A DNA stretch of 34,381 nt from Catajapyx aquilonaris. Its lineage: Eukaryota. The position numbers and the translations under genes are program-made. The stretch lies in the NCBI GenBank assembly GCA_000934665.2, contig KZ538299.1, positions 62,001 through 96,381 of the forward strand, in the 5' to 3' direction. The notes beneath the pieces are model-generated. The model saw nothing but the letters and a program-made list of their open reading frames with translations, was not told the DNA's origin and ran no database searches. Shown in pieces: positions 20,905-33,383 of this stretch; position 1 is the stretch's first letter; each line of letters starts with the position of its first letter.

Positions 20905-22499
20905 CCTCAATTGCCTGCTACTCTATATATAGTAACTTGATATTAAGATATTATTGTTACAGTAACACTGGTTTGAAGTAACGACATATAGCGCAGTGAT
21001 TACTATTGTTGTAAATATAACACTGCTGTGATCATTATATGGTAATGTCCAGTGTGCCAATTGGAGCCACGTTCGGCCTTTTCTTTCCTCCTCCGCCGAC
21101 TACTACGTCACCCCCTGCAACTTGTGTCCTTATAAGATGAGGTTGCTTTTCCAAGGGTGAGAAGACGAGAGTGTGTTGGTAGAGCATTGCGTGGGATCTA
21201 TCCAGGGATTATTATTCCAGTTTTTATTTTTATTTATATTACGAACGGGCTATGTAAAGTAGTGTGTGGTCCCACTCAGCAGTGCATGAAGATAGAACCG
21301 AGTGGGGACACGCCCCTTCGTTGCACAGGGTGTTACGCAAATTAATTTCAGCCAAACATTTATTATAGGCAGCAGAATGTCTAAGCAGCCACTCATTCAG
21401 TTCGCAGTGGCATAGGACACCCGTGTTAAATTTAATTACTAACGATTAAATTATAAATGAGTTAAATCGATTGAGAAGTAAGTAAAATGACGAGAGTTAA
21501 AGAAGCACCCTGTATGATGAGAGATGCCCATATCCTGCAAACCGTGAAGAGGAAGCGGAGCATTTTCTCCTCCAAGAGATAATGGTAGAAGAGGTGGATG
21601 GGCAAAAGAAAAGGAGAGGTTGTCTCGTCATCATCATCAGCATCACCTGCAGCTGTGCACGCCCCTCTCTAGCTGTGTGCTGCACGTGTGTTTATACTAT
21701 AAATAACTATGGCACATCACATGCGAAGCAAACTTCCGGCCTGGTCCGCTGCATTGTCATCTTGTTTTCTCATGAATAGGCGCGCTGGAAAACTTTAACC
21801 AGGAATAGATATGGGCAGCTCGGGGCAGCTCTTGATATGGGGGCTGTGTATGACTCTACAGAGATTGCGGTATCACTTTTAAGAGGACAAGGTGCAACAC
21901 CGGTTTTCCTAAGAGAAATTACACATCAAAGATTACGCGGTATTAGCCGAGGAAAAAAATCAGTATTTCAATTAGTGCTGTTCAAAGTGCATTTCCCCGC
22001 CAGTTAACACATGTCAAAGCTATAATGAACACGATGATGACGATGATGTGATGATATATATTAACGATCGATTTGTTGCACCAATTTTAAACCAGCCGTA
22101 TATAATGATAATAAACCGTAATAAACCGATGGCGGTCGGTTAACCCGGCCTGGGTTAACCTGTTTTTTAAAGACGCGCCTGCCATCTCTGGGCTTACGAA
22201 CTAACTGCGGGTGATTCCAAATTTGTTGTAGTTTTATGTTAATTGCATTGTAATTGCGTGCACGTAGTAAATTGGGTGCGAATAATACGGATTAGAGAGA
22301 ACCTATAGGTACAAATTGCAATTACGGCACATCGGCGTTGTGACAAGTGCGATTTTCTGTCCCTTCGCACGTCGCATTTTCGCGTGCATTAAATAGATCT
22401 GCAATGGGCATTAATATTGAGGTCGGCGCGGTTTTATGCTGCGGGGATATAATCTTACAAATAGTGATAAATTTTTTGCAACATACGCAGCCAGTTTCA

Positions 22500-22900
22500 C
22501 ACGCAGTTCCGTTGCAATAAATGCAGCCAATCAGCGAAACACCCGCTACAACGTACCCTCAACGTTCTTTTTTTTTAAATGACACCACATGATGTCACAT
22601 AATCTACCGATCGCAAATCCCCTTCGAAATATGAGAACCCGCCATCGCCGCATAATCCATAAATTGGCCTAACAACAGGTCAATTGTGGAATTTGCGCGG
22701 AATTTGCGACATGTGTTTCTGTCCGGTATAAATGACGTCACGACTGCGCCACAGTCCATGATATAACGATGCTCAACGGTTCAACGAAATAGCCACGCCA
22801 CCAGATGTCACTAGTGGCGCTCTATTGCGACCAATCCCACGGGCACATCCACGCCACCTATCGGGCAAAGGTGTGAGGCGAGCGGTCCGTTGTGCCGTTG
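22500..22900 (+). promoter_or_regulatory. Probable CSE1L promoter
   Basis: CCAAT boxes at about 22527 and 22831, TGACGTCA (CRE) at 22733-22740, GC-richer than flanks, upstream of the ATG at 23079. Confidence 0.5.
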
Positions 22901-23078
22901 TCTTGTGGTTTGATCATCCTTGGCCGTTGCCTTGTTTTTGAATGGCTGCCGGTAAAAGGCACGTTTTGTTCCGTTTCCTCCCCGTTTCCCCTCCGATCCG
23001 GTGATTAATCCCAGGGTTCGACGAGCCCTGTGCCTCCTCCGGACCAGACAGAAGGAAGAGAGAGAGAGAGACAGAGAG

Positions 23079-26000
23079 ATGGAGGTGAGCGACGGGAACC
23101 TGCAGACCCTCGCCGGGTACCTGCAGCAGACCCTGTCCGCCGATGTTAACGTCAGGAAGCCCGGTATTACATTTCACTCACTAATTATTAACCATTCGTT
23201 TTATAAACTCTCTTCCCTCGTGTGGAAATGACAACAACAACAACACCAACAACAACAACACTAACTAATACAATCATTCAATAACTAATATAACAATCAT
23301 TGCAATAACTAATATAACAATCATTCAATAACTAATATGACAATCATTCAATAACTAATATGACATAAATCAATATAATAACTAATGTGACATAAATCAA
23401 TATAATAACTAATGTGATAACAATCAATGTAATGACTACAGGGTGGTCGGTAAATGGCGCACAAGCTTCAGGAAGCTTGTGCGCCATTTAAACCGACCAC
23501 CCTGTATAATCGATATAATAATAATAATAATAATAATAACAATAATAATAACAATAATAATAAATGTAATAATATACAAGATGTGTAATTTTACCTTGTT
23601 CAAGAAGCAGTTGCAAGTAATGATGAGTTAATTAAGACGAATTTTTAAATTATTAATTAATAGTATTAATTACAGATATTGCAAGCAGCAGCTACAAGGT
23701 ATCATAATTATTGCTACCTTATTAAATTACTACTGATTAGTATTACGGCTATTACAGTCGCGTGATAATGAATTACTAATTGTTACTACCTTATATATTT
23801 AAATTACTCATTACGTGCAGTAGTTACAAGTGTAGTTAATTGCTAATTCTTGACGTGTTGTGCATTGCTAATTGCTTATTTAATTGCAGCTGAGCGTTTC
23901 TTGGAGTCCGTGGAGGTGAATCAGAACTATGCGGTGCTTCTGCTTCATCTGGTGGCGAAGGATGACGTGGACCTGACGCTGCGAGTGGCTGGAGCGGTTG
24001 CCTTCAAGAACTACGTGAAGCGCAACTGGAAAGTCGTGAGTGTCTTGCGTTTGCGCCGGGTGTATACATGCAAATAATTAATTTGCATTTATAATTGGCA
24101 GGATGAGGATGCTGGAGATAAGATTCACGTGGCGGACCGTGAGCTGATCAAGAAGAACCTCGTGGGTCTGATGCTGAAGAGCCCTGAAGCGGTTCAGAGG
24201 CAGCTGAGCGACGCCATTACCGTAATCGGTCGAGAGGATTTTCCGGACAAATGGCCTGGACTGCTGCAGGAGATGGTGGAGAAGTTTGCTTCAGGTACGA
24301 CCTTTTAATTGACATAAACTGACTCCGTACATTACAGCTGATTAAATGCACTACATTATTTCGATTTTAGGTGACTTCCATGTGATCAACGGCGTCTTGC
24401 GTACTGCGCACTCAATATTCAAGCGTTATCGCCACGAGTTCAAGTCGCAATCGCTCTGGACTGAGATCCGACATGTGGTTGATAAGTTCACCAAGCCTCT
24501 GACCGATCTGTTTGTGGTAATGAACACAATTATTCACGTTCTCCTTCACGTACCTAACGACTAAGTTTGTAATTTCAGGCCACTTTTGAGCTGGCGAAAC
24601 AACATGCGGAGAATGCAGATGCCCTTCGCATCATTTACAGCTCGTTGATTCTTATCTCCAAGATTTTCTACTCATTAAACTTCCAGGCGAGTAGCATTGT
24701 GTGTGTCACTTATGACCTTCTCATGATGTATGTGTTTGTAGGACCTTCCTGACCTGTTTGAGGATTCGATGGAGGTGTGGATGAAGCATTTTTTGGAGCT
24801 TCTCTCTGCCGACAACAAGCTTCTGGCTAGTCCAGACGAGGACAACGCTGGACTCGTGGAGCAGCTGAAGTCGCAAATATGCGACAATGTGGGCCTGTAC
24901 GCTCAAAAGTATGACGAGGAGTTCCGACCGTACTCTCCCCCTTTCGTGAAGGCCGTTTGGGTCCTGCTTGTCATGACTGGTAATCAGCCGAAGTACGACT
25001 TGGTAAGTTCGAAGCGACTCTGTATGACGGATTGGTTCTAATAATTTGTTGACTGTTGCAGCTGGTGAGCAATGCACTTCAGTTCCTCGCGCTTGTTGCC
25101 GAGCGTCAGCATTACCGCGAACTGTTTGAGGACCAGCATGTGTTGAGCAGCATTTGCGAGAAGGTGGTCATACCCAACATGGAGTTTCGGCTGTCGGACG
25201 AAGAGCTGTTCGAGATGAATCCGGAGGAATTTATTCATCGTGATATCGAAGGCGCGGATGTGGGGACTCGCAGGAGAGCCGCATGCGAGCTGATCCGTGC
25301 GCTCAGCTGCTTTTTTGAGGGACAGATCACGACCATATTCGGACAGTACGTACAGATCCTTTTCGCCCAGTACGGAGAGAATCCGGCGAGAAACTGGAGG
25401 AGTAAGGACGTGGCTATCTACTTGGTCACCTCCTTAGCCGCAAAGGCTCAGACCGCTAAGCACGGGACCACAAAGACCAACCAGCTGGTCGATCTTGTCG
25501 ACTTTTATAGGCAGCACATTATACCTGATCTGCAGAACACTAAAGGTAATGTTGCGTTACGTACTTTGCGATGTGATAACCTGATCTTGCTCAATTCCAG
25601 TTAATGAGGTTCCGGTTCTGAAGGCTGCGGCTGTGAAATATGTCATAGTGTTTCGATCTCAGCTGCCGACTGAGCTTGTGATCGAATCTCTTCCGTATAT
25701 TGTGCACCTGCTGGGCAGTGAAAGCATCGTAGTTCACTCCTATTGCGCAAGTGCAATTGACAAGATCCTGATGCTTAAGGCGTCGGATGGATCTGCCCTG
25801 TACGTAAATGCGGATCGATATGCAATTATGTTGTTAACGCGCTTTTTCACAGGGTGAAAGCCGAGACCTTGTCGTCGGTTGCGGAACGACTGCTGACGAA
25901 CCTGTTTGCAACCCTTACTCTGCCTGGATCGGAAGAGAACGAGTATGTGATGAAGGCCGTGATGCGAGCATTCTCGACGCTGCAAGAGCGGGTTGTTCCA

Positions 26001-27455
26001 TACTTGCCGCATCTCCTCCCGAAGATAACGGAAAAGCTGATCGCCGTAGCCAAAAACCCATCTAGACCGCACTTCAACCACTACCTTTTCGAGACACTTG
26101 CCCTTTCGATCAGGTGACTTATTTCATTCGCGTAAAAACCAGAACGTTGCAAAATAATGTGTGCTTTCAGGATTGTTTGCCGGTCGAATCCGACTGCAGT
26201 TGGGTCTTTCGAGCAGGCTTTGTTCCCCGTGTTTCAAGATTTGCTGAGGCAGGACGTGCAGGAATTTGTTCCGTACGTGTTCCAAATCCTGTCGTTGCTT
26301 CTGGAAGTCCACGAGACGAGCCACATTGGAGCCGGAGAGGCGAAGGGAATTCCGGACCCTTACATGGCCCTGTTCCCGTGTCTTCTCATCCCAGTCCTGT
26401 GGGAAAGACCCGCGAATCTCCATCCGCTGGTCAGACTGCTGCAGTCGTACATTTGTACTGGTCCGCAGCAGATTATGGAATCAAACGGACTGGTAAGTAC
26501 GGCTTGCGCTCGTACGTTATGAAAACTACTTGTACGTTCTTTTCCAGAGTGGTCTGCTGGGCATCTTTCAGAAGTTGATCGCCTCGAAAGCTAATGATCA
26601 TGAAGGTTTCAACCTGATCCAAAGCCTGATTGAGTTCCTACCTGTGGACAAGCTGTCTCCTTACCTGCACCAAGTGTTGGTGCTCCTTTTCCAGCGGCTT
26701 TCCTCCTCAAAGACGACCAAGTTTGTCAAATGCTTCATCGTTTTCCTTGCCGTCTTCACCATCCGGTACGGAGCGTCCCAGCTGGTCGAACTAGTCGACA
26801 GTATACAGGCCAAGTGAGTATCGCTGAAAATATGTTTCGCTTGTCATCGCCATGTTGAAATTTCCAGAATGTTTGGAATGGTACTAGACCGACTGGTAAT
26901 CGCTGATGTTCAGAAGGTCTCGGGACAGCTGGATCGGAAAATATGCGCTGTCGGAATCACCCGAATGCTCTGCGATTGTCCAGCTCTTCTCAACGGCGAC
27001 TACGTCAACTTTTGGTTCGTATTCGACGCCATTGCGACGACAACTTTTCCAACTGATATTAAACTGTTGCAGGCCGCCTCTCCTGCAAGCGTTGATTGGA
27101 TTGTTCGAACTTCCTGAAGACGAGAGTGCTCAAGGTGACGAGCATTTCGTGGATATCGAGGACACCCCGGGGTACCAGACGGCTTATTCGCAGCTCGTTT
27201 TCGCAGGAAGAAAGGACCGAGATCCGCTCGGAGGTCAGTCACTTTCTATACTACAAGTCGGAATTATGAAGAGGCGTAATTGCATGTTGCTTTCCAGGCT
27301 CGGTGAGTGATCCGCGTCTGTACTTGGCTACATCGCTTCACAGCCTGTCCCAAGCGAATCCAGGCCGTGTGGCGCAAATGGCCAGCACTTTGAGCCAGGA
27401 AGTGCAAAACTGTATGCAGAGATACCTCCAAGGAGCCAACCTCACATTGGCGTAA
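23079..27455 (+). CDS. CSE1L: Exportin-2 / CAS (importin-alpha export receptor), 978 aa, 14 exons
   Basis: Exons 23079-23163, 23890-24035, 24102-24294, 24371-24516, 24579-24686, 24742-25002, 25062-25545, 25601-25799, 25853-26113, 26171-26492, 26548-26813, 26868-27014, 27073-27233, 27298-27455 (2937 nt). Conserved motifs FKNYVKRNW, FKRYRHEFKS, NEYVMKA, NPSRPHFNHYLFE, EFVPYVFQ, FQKLIASKANDHEGF, IEDTPGYQTAYSQL. Confidence 0.96.
23232..23575 (+). repeat. AT-rich minisatellite (about 23-26 bp units) plus (AAC)n and (AAT)n tracts in CSE1L intron 1
   Basis: ataactaatataacaatcattca-like unit about 7 times (23260-23425); (AAC)n at about 23232-23260; (AAT)n at about 23515-23570. Confidence 0.85.
23437..23506. 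mobile_element. 70-bp minimal Tc1/mariner-type MITE (TA-CAGGGTG...CACCCTG-TA)
   Basis: tacagggtggtcggtaaatggcgcacaagcttc-ag-gaagcttgtgcgccatttaaaccgaccaccctgta; arms pair except for a 2-nt indel. Confidence 0.8.
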
Positions 27456-27574
27456 AACATTTCCTGCAATTTTTTTTTTAAAAAAAGAAAATGGTGTAGC
27501 ATTCAAGAACTGATAGACTAATTGTTACAAGTGATTAGATTTTTTTGTTTCAACAGTTGCGCCTTTTCCAGCCG

Positions 27575-27580
27575 AATAAA
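27575..27580 (+). terminator. Candidate polyadenylation signal of CSE1L
   Basis: AATAAA 120 nt after the stop codon, followed by a GT/T-rich tract (gtgatttgttttgt). Confidence 0.6.
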
Positions 27581-27834
27581 AAATACTTTTAGCTGTGATT
27601 TGTTTTGTCCCTTTCGATAATCTTTTTGCCGGCAGTTTTAAGTGGCGCAATGCTTGTGAAACATGAGCTCATTACGTTTTATCAAGAAGTCGACTTGGGG
27701 GGCAGATTTCTCAAGGTGAACGAGTTTGATGCGCCGAGTCTTTTTCGCACTTCAGCACATACTTATATGTTACTGACATAACTGTTAAGAGCGGCACATT
27801 TTTGCCGAGTTTGCATCGTCTCTCGTCGCTAATG

Positions 27835-28040
27835 GAATTTTGTGCAGCTGACCTGAACTGATTGAGAATAGTATATCAATTTGCAGCTCATTCGCGATGA
27901 TCTTTAGATAGATTTGCTGCGTGTTAATTTTTATGGGAATTTGCAGCTAGTTCGCAATAATTTTTATACCAGTTTGCAGCAGTTCGTAATAATGCCAATT
28001 TGCATTTTGTTTGCGTCATTTTTAATGACAATTTGCAGGT
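27835..28040 (+). repeat. Degenerate short-period repeat (aatttgcagc core)
   Basis: aatttgcag/tttgcagc-like core recurs about 7 times at roughly 30-40 nt spacing. Confidence 0.55.
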
Positions 28041-29629
28041 CGTGTTTTTTCCCCCCTCCCCCTCAAATGGACTAGTGCGGAATTATTGTTCCTGATGGAA
28101 GACGCCAATATATATAGTTCGCACTTCATCCGGGTTCGGCTTGGTCCATCGGCTTCAGACTTTTATCAGGGGCAGACGGTCCAACCAAACAAGTTGTAAA
28201 AACACAAACATTATAAAAAAATAGGGGCAACGTTCACTCTGCAAAATGCAGGTTATTATTTTCGCAGTTGATATTACTTCAATGATATATCCGTAATTTG
28301 AGGGAATTCCCAATACCTTTTTTTTTTCCGTGCCTATTTTAGTGATAAGCCAATCATGTCTGATCTATATGCGTCTAGCCTTCGAAGGTCTTCAAGCTGA
28401 TAATTATTGGGGGAGCCGCGGACTATTTCTGTCTCCAGTCGCTTCCTTCTGGCGAAATGAAGTGTGATGTCAAAGGTCAGCTGCGGTCACATATCTTGGA
28501 ATCCCCTCAAAAAAAAAGAACTGTATCGGTCGGAGCAACATTGCGACATTGATATAGTCACAATGGATGTAATGAGAGTGGATGCATAGCGACGACCGCA
28601 CTGGAAGGAGGAGGAAGCCTGCTGCTGCAATTAGTCCGCACTCGCAGTACGTACTCGCATCATTACGGGGCAATATCTAATTAGTAATTCACAGCACTAT
28701 TAAGTCATACATTTGTACTACTGCATGTAACATTAAACAGTAAATGCAAAGTGTTTATCAAAGCGCGATTCAAATCTCATGTACGACATTCGAATAATTA
28801 CTCTTGCTGCCATATTTAATTAGGAATTAACGGCATTATTAAGTTTGTACAGTGTATGTAGTGAGTGCGTATGTAGTAACATTTGATCAAAGCTTGATTC
28901 AAGCAAGAGCTCTTGATTCAAGTACGTTGCGTACGTACATTGCAATTGTGCAATTGCAAGAAGAAATGAGTTTATTATTAGGAGTGCGCTCTTCCGTAGT
29001 CTTTGCATCCGGCACGTGCTAATTGCTGTTTGTACATACAGTACACACACCTTTGTTTTGTAAACAGATAGGTTAATAAAAACAGCTAGAAGACTTCGCA
29101 ACATGCGCATCATGCAATCACGAGATGAACCATAACCAGCATACAATTGGAGGCAAATTGCATAGGCCACAATAATATCAGGGCACAATTACAGTATGCA
29201 TGGCTGCGCGAATTCTTTTTTTTTTTGCACAATACGTCACTGGAAAGCGCAAAAAAAGAAACGGAAATGTGCCATTTCATTTCCTCATCTCTTTTTTTTT
29301 GCACGTACTCGTGCTAAAATTCGCGAATAAGTAGTATAGCACCGTCGTATTTCCCAGGCTGTCCCACCCAGCCTGAAAATAATCCGGGTTGTTATTTCCA
29401 AGCCCCGTCCGGATAATAATCCCTCCTTATTCTCTGTACAGCTGTGTACACAGGTGGTCCTGCCCTTCGATTGCAGCAATTATTATTTTATAATTGCAGT
29501 GTCGTCGTACCTAGTGTACCAACCGACAATGCAGGTGGGTCATGTGAGGCATCATGTAACGATGGGTCAGACCAGCAACTGCCATCCAAAATTAGGATTT
29601 TTGGCAGTACTCAACATGTCATGACATAA

Positions 29630-30120
29630 GTACTTGAAGTGTACGTAGAGCACATGAAGTTAACGCACCGGGCATGAAGCGCACACTGTACAACTGTACA
29701 TCAGTGTAAGCAGTGTACGTGCTTTGTACGTAGAGCACGTGCAGCGTGCGTAGTGTACATGCTGTGTACATCATGTATGTGCATTGTACTGTACGTAGCA
29801 GTGTACATGCTGTGTACATCACGTATGTGCATTGTACTGTACATAGTGTATGTAATGCACATGCCGAGTACATAGCATATCTACTGTGTACATAGTGTGC
29901 AGGCAGAGTACTTATAATACACGCAGTGTACTAGTCTTTGTGCTTTGTAACTAGTGTACATGCATCATACATAGGGTACATGCAGCGTACATAGTGTACA
30001 TGAAGTGTACATGATGCAGTGCACGTAATGTACATACAGTGAACATAACGTCCAGTGTGCAGTGTACATGGCATATATATACAGTATATGCGGTGTACGT
30101 ATGATACGATAGTGTACTAC
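29630..30120. repeat. Low-complexity GTAC/TGTACA-rich degenerate satellite
   Basis: Dense agtgtacatg / tgtgtacatc / gtgcattgtactgtac units upstream of the first TMEM68 coding exon. Confidence 0.8.
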
Positions 30121-30222
30121 AAGCGACGTAGGATGTATTTACAGCCTCGTTATTAGTGGGTGTTATCAGTTACTGGGCGATAAGTCATTGTGTTTTGTGT
30201 TTTTATTCCAGGTGTTGAGGCG

Positions 30223-32250
30223 ATGGAGGGCCTGGCAGGGGTTGTGGCCGTGTCCAGTTGCGGGGAGGGCAGAATGAAGGTGGGGCTGCCCCTGGATCAC
30301 CGCCTTGTGCAGCTGCAGTGCTGGCCGCACCTGCTCTTCGGGATGGAGTCCAACCTCGTGCCCAACACCACCATCAGCCTCTTGCACTCCCTCGGTAAAT
30401 TACGCTGCTGCGGAATAATAATTGTCGGAAAATTATTGGTGTTTTCCCGAGTCCAGCAATGGTTTGACCTTCGACACGGTGACGTCTTGGATGCCCTAAC
30501 CACTGATAAGACATGGTCTCACGAGTGTGTCATATTGCATGGGCTGTCCTTGTTGGCTGCTCACCAAGTCTTCCGCAGATATCGCATTTTGACATCAGGA
30601 AGCAACATTTTTTTCCCGTTGAATTTGTGATTTTAATGGCCAGATTATGGGTTTACAACTTGCGGAGATGACCTTGACATGATTGCTGTGCCAGCATTAA
30701 TGTAACTTGGAATCCAGCTAATGCTTATTACTACATGTTTTGCACAGGGTACGAATCATACACGGAACAGATGCGGAAAAGACAGGTGCAAATTCACATT
30801 CGTGAAATCTAATGAGGTTATCACGATCAGTTTGTAACGGATCAGAATTGCCGATTTGGAGCATAAACTGCGAGGATATGAAGCAAGAGATTTTTTTTAA
30901 ATCTACGTCCGAATCAGAACATGCCGAATTATTTTGCGGTTATTCGTGATAATGATAAACTCTCTGAACTCGTGTGCAGCGATGCAGATCGACTTCACAA
31001 ATGTCAGATTTTCCTCCTCTTTACGTGTATGAACTTGCTGAAATTGTCGAATGTCATCCCATTCTAGCGATGAGAGATTTTAACATGCCAAGCTCCGTAA
31101 TTAATATTATGTGCTTGCGATCCCAGGCAACTGCCTCGGAGTGGAGCTGGATGTGAACCTGTGGGCATGGCTCCTCTGGCTGTTCACCCCTGTGATCGTG
31201 GCGTTCCTTCTCCCGTGGCTCATCATGGTCTTCATATACCTGTCCTCTCTCTTTGTCTACATCTACAAGCTCCACCGACATCGTCTCAGGACAGCTTATG
31301 AGATTGACTTTTTCGAGGGGGCCAGGCAGACCCTGGCCGCGCTCTGGGATGCGCAGGGATGGATCTGGCATGGCTACGAGATCCACGGACTAGACAGGAT
31401 CCCGCCGGATAGTGGAGCTCTCATTGTATATTATCACGGGGCTATCCCCATCGACTATTACTACGTAATGGCCAAGTCCATTCTCTACAAGGGAAGGCAT
31501 ATCAGGTGAATGCTTACACTCCGGTGGTCGGACCATTTTGCTAATGTCGCGCTTCAATTTGCAGATCTGTGGGTGATCGATTCTTGTTCCGCATGCCTGG
31601 TTGGGCCGGATTGATGGAAGCCCTCCAGGTTATTCCAGGAACGGTGCAGAGTTGTGCGAGTATACTGCGGAACGGAGAGCTGCTGGCCATTGCTCCAGGC
31701 GGAGTTTACGAGGCATACTTCAGTACCGAATATTACAATCTGCTGTGGAGGAAGAGGATAGGATTCGCTAAGGTCGCCCTGGAGGCCAAAGTGGTAAGTC
31801 CGCAAGGGCTGAATTGTGTACGCAAACTTTATGTCCGCACTTTTCAGCCAATTCTGCCGATGTATACGGAGAATCTCCGAGAAGCATTTCGAGCGCCGCA
31901 GTGGGGATCGTCATTCTGGCGCTGGTTGTACCTCAAGACTCGTCTCCCACTCATTCCCCTGTATGGAAACTTTCCAGTCAAGATGCGAACTTTCATCGGG
32001 GAACCAATTCCATACGACCCGAGTCACACTCCAGAGCAACTTGCTCATAAGGTACTATAAAATTGGTGCATTCACGCGTAGAATTGGTGGCCGAATGTTC
32101 AGTTCAGTCCTCGAATTGTCACGTAATTTGTTGCAGACGCAGCTGGCAATAGAAGGTCTGATCAAGGATCATCAGTACGTCCCAGGAAGCATTTTAAGGG
32201 CTCTTTTAGCGCGAGTGTACGACTGGAAGCCGGGAAAGAAGACGTCGTAG
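30223..32250 (+). CDS. TMEM68: TMEM68 (DIESL) PlsC-family acyltransferase; 365 aa from ATG 30223 or 325 aa from ATG 30343
   Basis: Coding exons 30223-30394, 31127-31505, 31565-31793, 31848-32051, 32137-32250 (GT-AG, phases consistent). Motifs WDAQGWIWHGYEIHGL, YYHGAIPID (HXXXXD), LAIAPGGVYEA, GFAKVALEAK, PLYGNFPVKMRTFIGEPIPYD, and an N-terminal hydrophobic segment. Confidence 0.93.
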
Positions 32251-33383
32251 TTGTACCCACGTTGAGGTGTACGTTGGAAAGTTGTTGACATTTGGAAGGG
32301 GAATTAAGTGAAATAGGGTACAAAGTGATGGACCTTGAGGTCACTTTTTTGATTTTTTTTGGTGACAATTTTATCCTCAAAACGCATTCCAAGACATGAA
32401 GGTTGTGGATGTTTACAATTATTTTTTTTCTCCTCTGTCATAGTCTTTTTATTTTTGTGTATTGTACATAAATTTTTAGGTCAGGAATCTCCCTGGCGAA
32501 TCTATAAGTTATAACTGCGAGTCAGCACTTTTCATCCTTAAGTTTACTGGTGATATGTTATTGTCCTAACCTGCGAGATGAAGCTGGTTCTTTATAGCAG
32601 TTTTTTGCTGTAGCTCAGTTAGGAATTATATTGTATTTTATAAACATGAAATCTCTCTGAATTGCAATGTAATAACAATATTGTAGCGGGCGTCTCTTTC
32701 TTTTCATGGATTTGCCCCCTATTGTGCAATAAATACTATTTTACACAAACGACGTTGAGAGGTTCGTCGTCGTCATTTCGATGGATTGCATTTACACATC
32801 ATGCTGGCAACATTTGCAATGATTCCAGCGTGTTTTCTCCTACAAAGATTTGTACATTCTGTGCCCACATCATTTCAGGGGAAAATTTAAATGAAATGTT
32901 GTTCCTTTCTAGCCTTTACACTTCATTTGTTTTTGTTTTTTTTGAAAGGGAAATATTTTGTGTAAGTTCAGTCATTGGAATCACTGTAAGTTCAGGCTTC
33001 CACCTAAAAAGGTGAACAAAAATTTCAGTCTTACTTTCACAATATTTTCTATAAAAAATTTAGGAATGAAAGAGTTGTAGTGCATTTTCCACGTTCATAA
33101 TTCAATGCCGGAAAGGTGCGGGGAAACATTATGAATTTTTGTTCAAGTACCACTAACATATTTTTAATTTTAAACCACTGTTAGCCATTTACACCAAGCA
33201 CCCAGGTGTCTTTTTTTTTTGAAAATTCATTTTAGAAAATATACCACAAAATATCATTCGCATCTCAGTGTTATTTTGACAGGCAGACATGTTTGATCCG
33301 CTGGGAGCCTGTCTACCTCTGCACGTCTTTTGCTCCCCTAATAACCGCGCCTTCTCTGGATCGCAATTTCAAGCTGCCTGTAT

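Noticed and set aside
21040..21690. Possible small minus-strand exons (GDVVVGGGGKKRPNVAPIG...; GDADDDDETTSP...)
   Set aside because: No recognisable homology and no consistent start, splice and phase model could be built.
27455..30223. CSE1L-TMEM68 as a trans-spliced operon
   Set aside because: The 2.7-kb spacing, room for a separate promoter and an ordinary cis-acceptor give no positive evidence for an operon.
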